A DNA stretch of 8,114 nt. Origin: a virus (lineage: Duplodnaviria; Heunggongvirae; Uroviricota; Caudoviricetes). Positions 1-7,428 of the stretch are shown piece by piece (the first letter of the stretch is position 1; each line of letters begins with the position of its first letter). The stretch lies in the IMG/VR virus record IMGVR_UViG_2700989165_000007; one strand, written 5' to 3'. The notes below the pieces were generated by a model, which was not told where the DNA came from, did not search any database, and saw only the letters and a list, made by a program, of their open reading frames with translations. A program made the position numbers and the translations under genes.

Positions 1-58
1 TAAGACTATCACTTAAATAAGTGATACTGGTTGTCTGGAGATTCAGGGGGCCAGTCTA
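1..58 (-). mobile_element. IS2 terminal fragment (left inverted-repeat end; body of the element lies beyond the window start)
   Basis: Reverse complement of 1-58 reads TAGACTGGCCCCCTGAATCTCCAGACAACCAGTATCACTTATTTAAGTGATAGTCTTA, which I recognise as the IS2 left terminus. Match is from memory, not an alignment. Unrelated sequence starts at 59. Confidence 0.6.
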
Positions 59-600
59 GCAGCTGCTCTACGGTCATATTTTTAATTGCGCTCCGGTTTA
101 CAAGAGCCCACCCCTGTTTTTCCAGATAAAACTGGAAAGTATCCAGGGTACAGACCAGTGCACCGTCAGGAACAGTTTCGGTGAATCTGATATTGCCGTG
201 TTCGTCGAAGTGCACAACCAGAGTGCGACCGTTACCCGGAATCATCTTGTCAGCGGACGGGGTATTATTCTGGTGCAGTTCTGCCTCCATGCGGTCGAAC
301 ATCAGCGATGTAGGCCTCTTTGAATGCAGCGGCTTTTTTCCCAGTGAAGCCCATCACCAGGAAAACGAAGCCGTTTTTGGTGATTTGGTACATTGGGCGT
401 TTTTCGCCTTTGGTGTCGGTGTAGGTGACGTCCTCAAAATTGAGGGCGTTAAATTCAGGTGAGCATTCAGTATTTGCGATGGCACGTAACACATTGTCGT
501 GTCGTTTGTGGAAGAACTCTGCAACCGCAACAGACGTAGTGACAGCGCGACCGTTTTCGATGGTTACGTCAGGGTGAGAAAGGGCAGGGATAGTAGCCAT
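59..600 (-). pseudogene. Rha-family phage regulatory protein (antirepressor-like), frameshifted near 300 and 3'-truncated by the IS2 insertion
   Basis: Minus-strand ATG at 598-600 with GAGGA about 7 nt upstream. Translation (MATIPALSHPDVTIENGRAVTTSVAVAEFFHKRHDNVLRAI...FNALNFEDVTYTD...KNGFVFLVMGFTGKKAAAFKEAYIA) fits the phage pRha domain pattern. This frame stops at TAA 265-267, but the expected continuation (FDRMEAELHQ...) is in another frame (ORF 9..302), implying a 1-nt indel near 300-303. That frame then runs into IS2 sequence at 58, so the last ~16 codons are IS-derived. Confidence 0.6.
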
Positions 601-765
601 GATGGCATCCTCGAGTGATAAGTTAATTAACTCACCACCGAGGTTTTCCACGACCATAAGGGTGGTGAGACGTACAGGGGTGGAAATACCGGTCACTCGA
701 GAACCCGGCCAGTCTTGCGACTGCCCTGCACATCCCACCATAATTTGAATGGAGCTGTGCATTAC

Positions 766-796
766 GCATAAAAAAACCGCTTCAGCGCGGCTATGC
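766..796 (-). terminator. Candidate intrinsic-terminator-like hairpin followed by a T7 tract (minus-strand sense)
   Basis: Minus-strand sense reads CGCATA-GCCGCGCTGAAGCGG-TTTTTTT-ATGCG. Inner stem CCGC/GCGG (4 bp, extendable with A-U and G-U pairs), then seven T; outer arms CGCATA/TATGCG (766-771 and 792-797 on the plus strand) enclose it. The stem is short, so this is weak. Confidence 0.2.
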
Positions 797-1301
797 GCTC
801 GAGTAACGTTCGGGTTTCCACGCCCGGCCCCCGTTTTATGAGGTGCAGATGCACTATAATTCCACCCGTTCTGGTTTTCAATAGCTACATTCAACATTTT
901 CTCTTACCTTTCATCACCGAAGTGAACTTTGTTGATGCGGTGCCTGGTGCCTCCAGGTGACGTTAACCAGTTAACAATTAACGCCGGATACAGGGAAACC
1001 CATAACCACCCGATACGTGGGAACTAATCGCTTTTTAACTGTTCCGCGTGCGCTCAGCCGCATTCACCGCATCACAAAATTCACTTTAAAAAGGGCGGAC
1101 ATCAGCCAGCAATGAAACTGATGCCGCCAAAGGTACCAATCAACATGGAGTGTTGTGGCGTGGTTGTCACTTAAGCGTATGGTCAACCTGACAACCCGGT
1201 GTCCTCAACGGGGAAGGAATAACTCCGCCATACTTACCGCCGCGTCATTTCGCGTTGTGTGCCTGCTTTTAACTACGTCAGGCGAGGTGGTTCCTGTTAT
1301 T

Positions 1302-1349
1302 CCCCAACAACAAGAAATTTGTATAATCTGAATACCCCAACAATAAGAA
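1302..1349 (+). promoter_or_regulatory. Candidate promoter: TATAAT -10 hexamer (1322-1327) bracketed by two 15-bp direct repeats CCCCAACAA(C/T)AAGAA
   Basis: Perfect TATAAT at 1322-1327 about 50 nt upstream of the ORF starting at 1374. Direct repeats at 1302-1316 and 1335-1349 differ at one position. No convincing -35 hexamer was found. Confidence 0.25.
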
Positions 1350-1373
1350 GAGTGAGCAAGTGATGTATTAGCG

Positions 1374-1610
1374 ATGTCAGCTCTCAAAGAGACTGCATCA
1401 ATGTTAAAATTATTCAATGAAGCAAAAACTCAGGCTGAGGTTGATCGCGCTGTGTCTGAAATAAACTCTAAGTTGTCAAGCATTCAGCTTGAATATTTGT
1501 CTCTCATTGATGAGCTGACAATCTCTAAAAGCAATGAGGCTGCGCTCAAAGCAAAACTCACGGAGATAGAAAAGTTTAAGTTCCAAAGTGAAGACTGCGA
1601 ACCTCGCTAA
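1374..1610 (+). CDS. Hypothetical alpha-helical (coiled-coil-like) protein, 78 aa; probably the N-terminal part of a 148-codon ORF interrupted by an in-frame TAA
   Basis: ATG at 1374 (alternative ATG at 1401), K/E/L-rich helical-looking translation, stop TAA at 1608-1610. The next ORF begins at 1611 in the same frame. Region is visibly AT-rich relative to its flanks. Shine-Dalgarno is weak. Confidence 0.35.
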   Translation: MSALKETASMLKLFNEAKTQAEVDRAVSEINSKLSSIQLEYLSLIDELTISKSNEAALKAKLTEIEKFKFQSEDCEPR

Positions 1611-1820
1611 TTGATTACTGGAACGATTGTGTATGCCAGACAGTGCAATACTAGCTCTGGCAAGATTACCATGTATTTTTGTCCAGAATGTTTTGCGAAG
1701 AGAGCAATATCTATATTGCAACCTTTCCCTATCGAGGAAGGCGATAAATATACGAAAACTCAATGCCCCTCCTGTAAAAATGAGTATCTCATGGACTACA
1801 ATTTCAATAATGATTTTTGA
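1611..1820 (+). CDS. Hypothetical C4 zinc-ribbon protein (CPEC ... CPSC), 69 aa; may be the C-terminal part of the upstream ORF
   Basis: Same frame as 1374-1610, starting immediately after its TAA. Contains CxxC-x24-CxxC. As an independent gene it would need a TTG start at 1611 or ATG at 1671 with a poor ribosome-binding site. Confidence 0.3.
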   Translation: MITGTIVYARQCNTSSGKITMYFCPECFAKRAISILQPFPIEEGDKYTKTQCPSCKNEYLMDYNFNNDF

Positions 1821-2037
1821 GTCAAGGTATTCAGATTTTTAAAGAACATGCCGGATACTCACCCGTGTCCGGCGCACGCACTCCACCTCACCCGTGGAGA
1901 ACTCCTTAATTACCAACCTTGGCTTCGTTGGTTAGCCATTAACGCTGGTATGTAATCATTCTGGCAATGCTTAATTTGAAGTGGCACACTGAATTTGGCC
2001 ACCTGAACAGAGGTGATATGCTCACCTCAGAACAACA

Positions 2038-2561
2038 GTAAGCGCCCCATCAGCGACGTCTTGTGAAAATTGTCCTGTCTGGCAACAATCGCGCCCATCT
2101 ATATTGATGGACACGAACGATGAATTCCCAGACAACAAAAGATATTCCCTGCTTCCGTTCTTATTTGCCTGATGCCCTGCGTTTAAGATTTGAAGATAAA
2201 CTGACCATCCGGGCCATCGCTCAGCGTCTGGGTCTCAGTCATTCCACAATACATACGCTTTTTCAGCGATTTCTTGCATCCGGTATCGCATGGCCATTGC
2301 CCGATTCAGTTTCATTCGCTCAACTTGACGCCATCCTTTATGCCAACAGAAAGAAGGAATTAACAGAGCCTCAAATCAGAGAAGGCTCATGGCGAAAAGA
2401 ACGGCGAACCAGCTATAGCCGTGAATTTAAGGTCCGTCTGGCTAAGCAGGCATTACAGCCTGGGGCTGTTGTTGCCCGGATCGCCAGAGAACACGATATC
2501 AGGGATTTCAGTGCCCAGTACTCCCACCGGAACGTATATAGCATCCCCACAATTTTTCATT
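2038..2561 (+). mobile_element. IS element left end, IS66-family-like, with orfA; body of the element unresolved in the N-run
   Basis: Sequence from 2038 begins GTAAGCGCCCC; a terminal GTAAGCG is characteristic of IS66-family inverted repeats. An HTH transposase-accessory ORF starts 82 nt downstream. Family assignment is tentative and from memory. Confidence 0.35.
2120..2561 (+). CDS. IS transposase accessory protein (OrfA/TnpA-like, helix-turn-helix), partial; 3' end lost in the N-run
   Basis: Translation has two HTH-like segments: LTIRAIAQRLGLSHSTIHTLFQRF, and RRTSYSREFKVRLAKQALQPGAVVARIAREHDI. The second resembles the IS3/IS66 OrfA transposase_8 motif. The ORF runs without a stop into the Ns at 2562. 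Confidence 0.45.
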
Positions 2562-2904
2562 NNNNNNNNNNNNNNNNNNNNNNNNNNNNNNNNNNNNNNN
2601 NNNNNNNNNNNNNNNNNNNNNNNNNNNNNNNNNNNNNNNNNNNNNNNNNNNNNNNNNNNNNNNNNNNNNNNNNNNNNNNNNNNNNNNNNNNNNNNNNNNN
2701 NNNNNNNNNNNNNNNNNNNNNNNNNNNNNNNNNNNNNNNNNNNNNNNNNNNNNNNNNNNNNNNNNNNNNNNNNNNNNNNNNNNNNNNNNNNNNNNNNNNN
2801 NNNNNNNNNNNNNNNNNNNNNNNNNNNNNNNNNNNNNNNNNNNNNNNNNNNNNNNNNNNNNNNNNNNNNNNNNNNNNNNNNNNNNNNNNNNNNNNNNNNN
2901 NNNN
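2562..2904. other. Run of 343 N (unresolved or masked sequence); a second 10-N run at 2960-2969
   Basis: Directly visible. The X-filled ORFs in the track across this interval are artefacts. Confidence 0.99.
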
Positions 2905-2905
2905 C

Positions 2906-3089
2906 TCACTGGGCCGCCTGTCCCCGGTAGTCATGCTGGCAAAATCTGTCACAGCACAANNNNNNNNNNGCAGAACAGGAGGCGAAGCTGTTCACGTTTG
3001 AATGGAACGGTCGTATCTGGAATGCTGGTCCCGATTCACTGGGCCGCCTGTCCCCGGTAGTCATGCTGGCAAAATCTGTCACAGCACAA
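2906..3089. repeat. 54-bp exact direct repeat (2906-2959 and 3036-3089) flanking the 10-N gap
   Basis: TCACTGGGCCGCCTGTCCCCGGTAGTCATGCTGGCAAAATCTGTCACAGCACAA occurs twice, 130 bp apart. The first copy sits as an island between the two N runs. Confidence 0.9.
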
Positions 3090-3284
3090 ACACATATGGC
3101 GTGGAGCGATGCCGATAATCAGCAGGTGAAACTGTCGATGCCGGAACTGGAAGAACTGGCGGCAGCAATGGTGCAGGCGCAGGTCGATCGCAACGATGAG
3201 ATTTATCGCCGTCAGCGGGAGCTGAAGGAAGAGCTGAATAGTCTGAAGGATTTGAATTCGGTTAGGAATTTTATCGTGGAATAA
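2970..3284 (+). CDS. Phage-module protein, C-terminal fragment (possibly tail-fibre-assembly/DUF4376-like); 5' end lost in the gap
   Basis: Open frame from the gap edge to TAA at 3282-3284: ...FEWNGRIWNAGPDSLGRLSPVVMLAKSVTAQTHMAWSDADNQQVKLSMPELEELAAAMVQAQVDRNDEIYRRQRELKEELNSLKDLNSVRNFIVE. The W.DADN..V.L...EL..LA motif is reminiscent of tail-fibre-assembly-like C-termini. The family call is weak. Confidence 0.3.
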   Translation, partial: AEQEAKLFTFEWNGRIWNAGPDSLGRLSPVVMLAKSVTAQTHMAWSDADNQQVKLSMPELEELAAAMVQAQVDRNDEIYRRQRELKEELNSLKDLNSVRNFIVE

Positions 3285-3292
3285 CAGAAGCT

Positions 3293-3321
3293 GCGGCACG
3301 TCGTATGCAGGAACGTGCCGC
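3293..3321. terminator. Perfect 9-bp inverted-repeat hairpin (GCGGCACGT / ACGTGCCGC, 11-nt loop) between convergent genes
   Basis: Lies 9 nt after the plus-strand stop at 3284 and 164 nt past the minus-strand sitD stop. No flanking U-tract on either strand, so intrinsic-terminator function is uncertain. Confidence 0.3.
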
Positions 3322-3484
3322 GGTTGGCTGGTAAACTTTCGATAGTGCGAGTATTGAATGATTTCTAGGCGTTATCGATTTTACGTATTTTTTGCATGAT
3401 AGAATTCGTACCTCCTCCCAACGACCTTCCATGGCTTTCCGGACTTCTGTAGGCTGGCGGACGATGCTGTCCTCGGATGTTGTG

Positions 3485-4342
3485 CTAATTGGGTGATAAC
3501 AGATCCTGTGTATGGGCGTTTCCCTTTGTGCGTGCGTTGATGCTGGTAACGGTAAACGTCATGATGAACACGACCGCGAATAAGACGACAATCGTCGGAG
3601 CTGGTGCGCTGTCGATAAAAAAGGACAGCCAGACACCAGTCATTGACACTATTACCGATATGCCAGTCGCCAGTAGGAGCGCAATATGAAAGCGTTGTGT
3701 CAGGAGTACTGCAATGGCGCCAGGCGCAATGAGCAGAGAAATAGAGAGAATGATACCTACTGCTTTCAGCGTCGCCACAATGGTCAGGGAAACCATGCAC
3801 AGCAGCCCATAATGCAGCCATCTCGTATGCAAACCGCTTACCTGCGCCTGTTGATAATCAAAGCTGAACAGCAAAAAATCCCGCCATTTTACGCTAATAA
3901 CAAGTGTAACCAGCCCGGCAATAATCACCGTCTGGATTATATCGCCGATGGTTATCCCGAGCATGTCGCCGAAAAGAATATGGTCAAGATGTACGTCTGG
4001 TTTAATTGCAATATACAAGATCAGACCTGCGGCAAACATGCCAGAAAAAACAATCCCCATAACTGTATCTTGCTTGATTCGGCTGTTGTCTTTCAGGTAT
4101 CCCGTCGCCACCGCGCAGAATACTCCGGCGACGAATGCCCCTGTAGCCAGAGGTAACCCCAGAATCCAGGTAAGCACGATGCCAGGAAAAACCGCATGAC
4201 TCATCGCGTCACCCATCAGTGCCCAACCTTTCAGGACCAGAAAGACCGACAGCAGCGCACAGGGTATGGAAACTACCAGTGAAATCAGCAGTGCGTGACT
4301 CATAAAGGTGAACTGCAGTGGCTCCAGTAATAATGCCATCAT
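3485..4342 (-). CDS. sitD: Mn/Fe ABC transporter permease SitD (ABC-3 family membrane protein)
   Basis: 285 aa, highly hydrophobic multi-helix translation. Start overlaps the sitC stop in an ATGA arrangement (4339-4342). Last gene of a four-gene binding-protein/ATPase/permease/permease operon. Confidence 0.85.
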   Translation of the reverse strand: MMALLLEPLQFTFMSHALLISLVVSIPCALLSVFLVLKGWALMGDAMSHAVFPGIVLTWILGLPLATGAFVAGVFCAVATGYLKDNSRIKQDTVMGIVFSGMFAAGLILYIAIKPDVHLDHILFGDMLGITIGDIIQTVIIAGLVTLVISVKWRDFLLFSFDYQQAQVSGLHTRWLHYGLLCMVSLTIVATLKAVGIILSISLLIAPGAIAVLLTQRFHIALLLATGISVIVSMTGVWLSFFIDSAPAPTIVVLFAVVFIMTFTVTSINARTKGNAHTQDLLSPN

Positions 4343-5196
4343 GAGCGATCCTCCAGCGCTTTATGCGCACGCCGACGATTTGCCAAAAGTCCATGGGTGG
4401 GCGCAAATACAAATGCTAAAAGAAACAGCAGTGTCTGCGCCACCACGATGATTCCACCTGTCGCGCCGTCCAGAAAGTAACTGACCCACGCGCCGAGGAA
4501 ACTGGTTACACTGCCAATAGTTACAGCAATTATGAGCAGGCGGGGAAAACGATCGGTTAACAACCATGCTGTTGCACCGGGAGTCACCACCAGACAGATC
4601 ACCAGAAACGCACCAACCGTTTGCAGCGCCGCAACGGTCGAAACCGACAGCAGGGTGAAGAAGAGGATTTTTAATCTGCCCGGATGTAATCCAATAGCAC
4701 GGGCGTGATTCTCGTCGAAAAAGGTCACCATAAGATCTTTCCATTTGAAAAAAAGCACGATGATCGAGAGAATGCCAATGATAGTGAGTTGCAGGATATC
4801 CGCCGGATCGATTGCCAGAATATTGCCCAGGACGATGGTCTGAATGTTCACGGATGTCGGGTTCAATGACACCATAAACAGCCCCAGGCCAAAAAAGGAC
4901 GAGAAGATCAGGCCGATGATGGCATCTTCTTTTAAGCGGGTGCGTTGGTTAAGAAACAGCATGCTGCCCGCTGCCAGTCCGCCGGAAAAGAAGGCTCCCA
5001 GAGAAAACGGAAGCCCCAGCATATATGCCCCCGCAACACCCGGGACAATAGAGTGCGACAGCGCATCGCCAATCAGCGACCAGCCTTTTAGCATCAGATA
5101 GCATGACAGGAAAGCGCAGAGACCGCCGACCATTGCCGAGACCCACATCGCATTGAGCATATATTCATAGCTGAAGGGTTCCAGTAGCACGTTCAT
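4339..5196 (-). CDS. sitC: Mn/Fe ABC transporter permease SitC (ABC-3 family membrane protein)
   Basis: 285 aa hydrophobic protein, paralogous in pattern to the downstream permease. ATGA overlap with the sitB stop (5193-5196). Confidence 0.85.
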   Translation of the reverse strand: MNVLLEPFSYEYMLNAMWVSAMVGGLCAFLSCYLMLKGWSLIGDALSHSIVPGVAGAYMLGLPFSLGAFFSGGLAAGSMLFLNQRTRLKEDAIIGLIFSSFFGLGLFMVSLNPTSVNIQTIVLGNILAIDPADILQLTIIGILSIIVLFFKWKDLMVTFFDENHARAIGLHPGRLKILFFTLLSVSTVAALQTVGAFLVICLVVTPGATAWLLTDRFPRLLIIAVTIGSVTSFLGAWVSYFLDGATGGIIVVAQTLLFLLAFVFAPTHGLLANRRRAHKALEDRS

Positions 5197-6020
5197 CTTG
5201 CTTCCCTCTGCACCGCTGACGGTCGATGTGCCACAAAAGGGCGTTCATCGTCAGTAATAATGCTTTCTTCCGAGCCGTTAAGTGTGACATGGCGCAGTAC
5301 GCCGCTAAAAGCCAGCTCCAGGTTCTCGGCTGTAAAAGTGGTGTCTGTCGGCCCGCTTGCCAGGACGGTGCCTTTGACCATGACCGTATAATCGCAAAAT
5401 GTCGTGACTGAGCCGAGATTGTGCGTTGAGACAAGCATCGTTTTGCCTTCCGCGCGTAACTCCCTCAACAGGCTGATGATTTTCGCTTCGGTTTTCACAT
5501 CAACGCCGGTAAAAGGTTCATCCAGCAGGATCACATCACCCTGCTGTGCAATTGCTCTCGCCAGAAAGACGCGTTTCTTTTGTCCACCGGAAAGCTCGCC
5601 GATTTGACGATGGCGAAAATCCACCATATCGACACGTTCCAGCGCATCGGTGACAATCTGACGATCCCTCTTTTTGGCTATACGCAACATACCCATATGC
5701 CCATAGCGGCCCATCATCACCACATCTTCCACCAGTACAGGAAATGACCAGTCAACCTCTTCTGACTGAGGGACGTAGGCAACCAGGTTTTTCTGTAGCG
5801 CCTGTCGCGTGGGAATACCCAGAACAGATATCTTTCCGCTGGTCAGACGCACAAATCCCATAATCGCTTTAAACAACGTCGATTTTCCGGAACCGTTTAC
5901 CCCAACCAGAGCGGCAATAGATCCACTTGGTACTGTGAAGGATGCATCGCGCAGTGCTGTGTGCCCGTTACGCCAGGTGACAGTAACATCATTAACGACA
6001 ATGCCTGCAGATTGCATCAT
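5193..6020 (-). CDS. sitB: Mn/Fe ABC transporter ATP-binding protein SitB
   Basis: 275 aa with Walker A (GVNGSGKST), ABC signature (LSGGQKKR) and Walker B ([11 protein letters not shown]). GGGAGAA ribosome-binding site inside the 3' end of sitA. Start overlaps the sitA stop by 1 nt. Confidence 0.9.
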   Translation of the reverse strand: MMQSAGIVVNDVTVTWRNGHTALRDASFTVPSGSIAALVGVNGSGKSTLFKAIMGFVRLTSGKISVLGIPTRQALQKNLVAYVPQSEEVDWSFPVLVEDVVMMGRYGHMGMLRIAKKRDRQIVTDALERVDMVDFRHRQIGELSGGQKKRVFLARAIAQQGDVILLDEPFTGVDVKTEAKIISLLRELRAEGKTMLVSTHNLGSVTTFCDYTVMVKGTVLASGPTDTTFTAENLELAFSGVLRHVTLNGSEESIITDDERPFVAHRPSAVQREAR

Positions 6021-6934
6021 TATTTCTCCCTTTTCCCGGCTTTAATTCCCTGTACCAGCGTACTGGTAGTAACCTTAAGAAGGTCGATATACGTAGGTAC
6101 CGGGCCGTTTTCTGTGCTCAGGGAATCGACATAGAGCACACCGCCGTAGTGTGCGCCGGTTTCACGCGCAACCTGACGCGCTGGTTTATCGGAAATCGTA
6201 CTCTCGCTAAAGACTGCCGGGATATGATTTTTCTTAACTATATCAACAACCTTACGTACCTGCTGCGGTGTTCCTTGTTGATCGGCATTAATCGGCCACA
6301 GATAAAGCTCTTTTAGCCCCAAATCGCGTGCGAGATAAGAAAAAGCCCCTTCACTGGTGACCATCCATCGCTGATTCTCAGGGAGTTCCGTAATCTGCTT
6401 ACGCAGGGGGGCAAGGGTTTGGGTAATCTTGGCTTTATAAGTATCGGCATTACGTTGGTAGGTTTGTGCATTTGCCGGATCGTATTTTATCAACGCATCA
6501 CGAATATTATCGACGTAAATCAGAGCATTATCTGGCGACATCCATGCATGGGGATTAGGTTTGCCCTCATAGGGTCCTTCGGTGATCCCTACTGGCGTCA
6601 CACCCGAAGAGACAATTACTTCTGGAACCCCATTGAGATGCTGGTAAAAGCGTTGGAACCACAATTCCAGATTCATACCATTGGCGAGAATCAGTTGTGC
6701 CCCCTGCGCACGTTTAATATCGCCAGGGGTAGGCTGATACTCATGAATTTCTGCACCAGGCTTGGTTATGGATGAGACTTCTGCAGCATCTCCAGCCACG
6801 TTTTTGGCCATATCCGCGATGATGGTAAATGTTGTAATGACCTTGAATTTTTCAGTTGCACTTGCCTGAAATGCGATCGAGCAGGTGAGGGCGAGGCACC
6901 CCAAGAGCATGGTTACTTTTTTTATTGAGTGCAT
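6020..6934 (-). CDS. sitA: Periplasmic Mn/Fe-binding protein SitA (TroA-like cluster A-I substrate-binding protein)
   Basis: 304 aa with an N-terminal signal peptide ([26 protein letters not shown]). Gene order and sizes (304/275/285/285) fit SitABCD. The symbol is assigned from recognition, not a search. Confidence 0.85.
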   Translation of the reverse strand: MHSIKKVTMLLGCLALTCSIAFQASATEKFKVITTFTIIADMAKNVAGDAAEVSSITKPGAEIHEYQPTPGDIKRAQGAQLILANGMNLELWFQRFYQHLNGVPEVIVSSGVTPVGITEGPYEGKPNPHAWMSPDNALIYVDNIRDALIKYDPANAQTYQRNADTYKAKITQTLAPLRKQITELPENQRWMVTSEGAFSYLARDLGLKELYLWPINADQQGTPQQVRKVVDIVKKNHIPAVFSESTISDKPARQVARETGAHYGGVLYVDSLSTENGPVPTYIDLLKVTTSTLVQGIKAGKREK

Positions 6935-6966
6935 AATTTAGTACCTATAGTGAGCAAAATTAGAAC

Positions 6967-6988
6967 AAACATAGCAACGGCTATGTTT
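6967..6988 (-). promoter_or_regulatory. MntR box: perfect palindrome AAACATAGC-AACG-GCTATGTTT in the sitA promoter region
   Basis: 9-bp arms are exact reverse complements with a 4-bp spacer, 33 bp upstream of the sitA start codon. Matches the MntR operator as I recall it from mntH. Confidence 0.6.
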
Positions 6989-7010
6989 TATAGCATAACC
7001 TATACAAAAT

Positions 7011-7029
7011 GAAAATAATTATCATTAAC
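7011..7029 (-). promoter_or_regulatory. Fur-box-like site GAAAATAATTATCATTAAC
   Basis: 15 of 19 positions match the Fur consensus GATAATGATAATCATTATC by eye. It lies upstream of the MntR box in the sitA promoter region. Confidence 0.5.
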
Positions 7030-7143
7030 AGCTTTGAGGCCTAAAACAGGGATTAGGTTGTTTCCTGCTGGCGACATGATATTGAGGAAAAAAGTAGAGC
7101 AGCTATTAGGCTTTGAAATGACTTTATGAGGAAAATTGTTGAT

Positions 7144-7215
7144 GGCAAAAATGGGGCAAAACGCTGTATAAGGGGCAAAAAAGGGGCAAAAAAGGGGCAA
7201 AAAAGGGGCAAAAAA
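7144..7215 (+). repeat. GGGGCAAAAAA tandem array: four perfect 11-bp units (7172-7215) plus degenerate copies at 7144-7151 and 7153-7161
   Basis: Directly visible. The A6 tracts recur every 11 bp, in phase with the helical repeat. Confidence 0.9.
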
Positions 7216-7220
7216 GAGTG

Positions 7221-7428
7221 GGTTATCGTAGCTTATTGTTGTCGCTGATAATGTTTAACATATTGAAAAATAAATAAAATACTTATGAGTCAGATAGTTG
7301 TGATTTTTGCCCTTACTTGTTCAGGTCGTATTGTTCTTTCTTTGTAATTTGTTGATTTTCTTGCATTATTTCAGTTCTCTGGTACTAAATGGGGCAAATT
7401 GGGGGCAAACTTTGCAACTACGATAACC
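7221..7428. repeat. 11-bp inverted repeat pair GGTTATCGTAG (7221-7231) and CTACGATAACC (7418-7428)
   Basis: Exact reverse complements. Each arm lies just 3' of a GGGGCAAA cluster. The right arm contains the integrase stop codon (7418-7420). Confidence 0.85.
7391..7409 (+). repeat. Two further GGGGCAAA copies (7391-7398 and 7401-7409); an inverted copy TTTTTGCCC sits at 7305-7313
   Basis: Same motif as the tandem array, about 180 bp away, just upstream of the integrase stop codon. Confidence 0.85.

Noticed and set aside
181-462. Plus-strand ORF 181..462 (93 aa)
   Set aside because: Lies antisense within the Rha-family gene and has a low-complexity translation; treated as a shadow ORF.
601-897. 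N-terminal extension of ORF 265..897 (first 99 codons, MLNVAIENQNGW...)
   Set aside because: Rha-like similarity begins exactly at the internal ATG at 598-600, which has a good GAGGA ribosome-binding site. The upstream extension has no protein-like character and contains the hairpin/T-tract element.
1205-1842. ORFs 1205..1417 (-), 1476..1763 (-) and 1627..1842 (+)
   Set aside because: They overlap the candidate promoter or lie antisense or out of frame to the coiled-coil/zinc-ribbon frame. Their translations are F/R/L/C-rich, typical of non-coding frames in AT-rich DNA.
2421-2952. X-filled ORFs 2421..2930 (+), 2508..2909 (-) and 2557..2952 (-)
   Set aside because: Artefacts of translating the N-run; no sequence information.
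3036-3299. Minus-strand ORF 3036..3299 (87 aa)
   Set aside because: Antisense to the more protein-like plus-strand phage fragment; translation is Q/L/H/C-rich and low complexity.
3381-6775. Alternative-frame and antisense ORFs inside the sit operon (for example 3381..3821, 3686..4156, 4361..4744, 4844..5101, 5165..5434, 5809..6045, 6419..6775)
   Set aside because: All lie within the well-supported sitABCD genes, which are long, overlapping and carry diagnostic ABC-transporter motifs; these are shadow ORFs.
7000-7200. Minus-strand ORF 7000..7200 (66 aa)
   Set aside because: Spans the Fur-box region and part of the repeat array, with no ribosome-binding site; more likely regulatory DNA than coding.
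7127-7246. Plus-strand Gly/Lys-rich peptide (about 39 codons) encoded through the GGGGCAAAAAA array
   Set aside because: Its composition is entirely a by-product of the repeat; no ribosome-binding site and no reason to prefer coding over a DNA-level role.
7144-7409. GGGGCAAAAAA repeats as a CRISPR array
   Set aside because: Units are contiguous 11-mers with no spacers and far shorter than CRISPR repeats; no cas genes nearby.
7216-7417. tRNA or tmRNA 3' end as the integrase attachment core
   Set aside because: The region is AT-rich with no tRNA-like acceptor or T-arm sequence (no GGTTCGAATCC-like motif or CCA end) on either strand.
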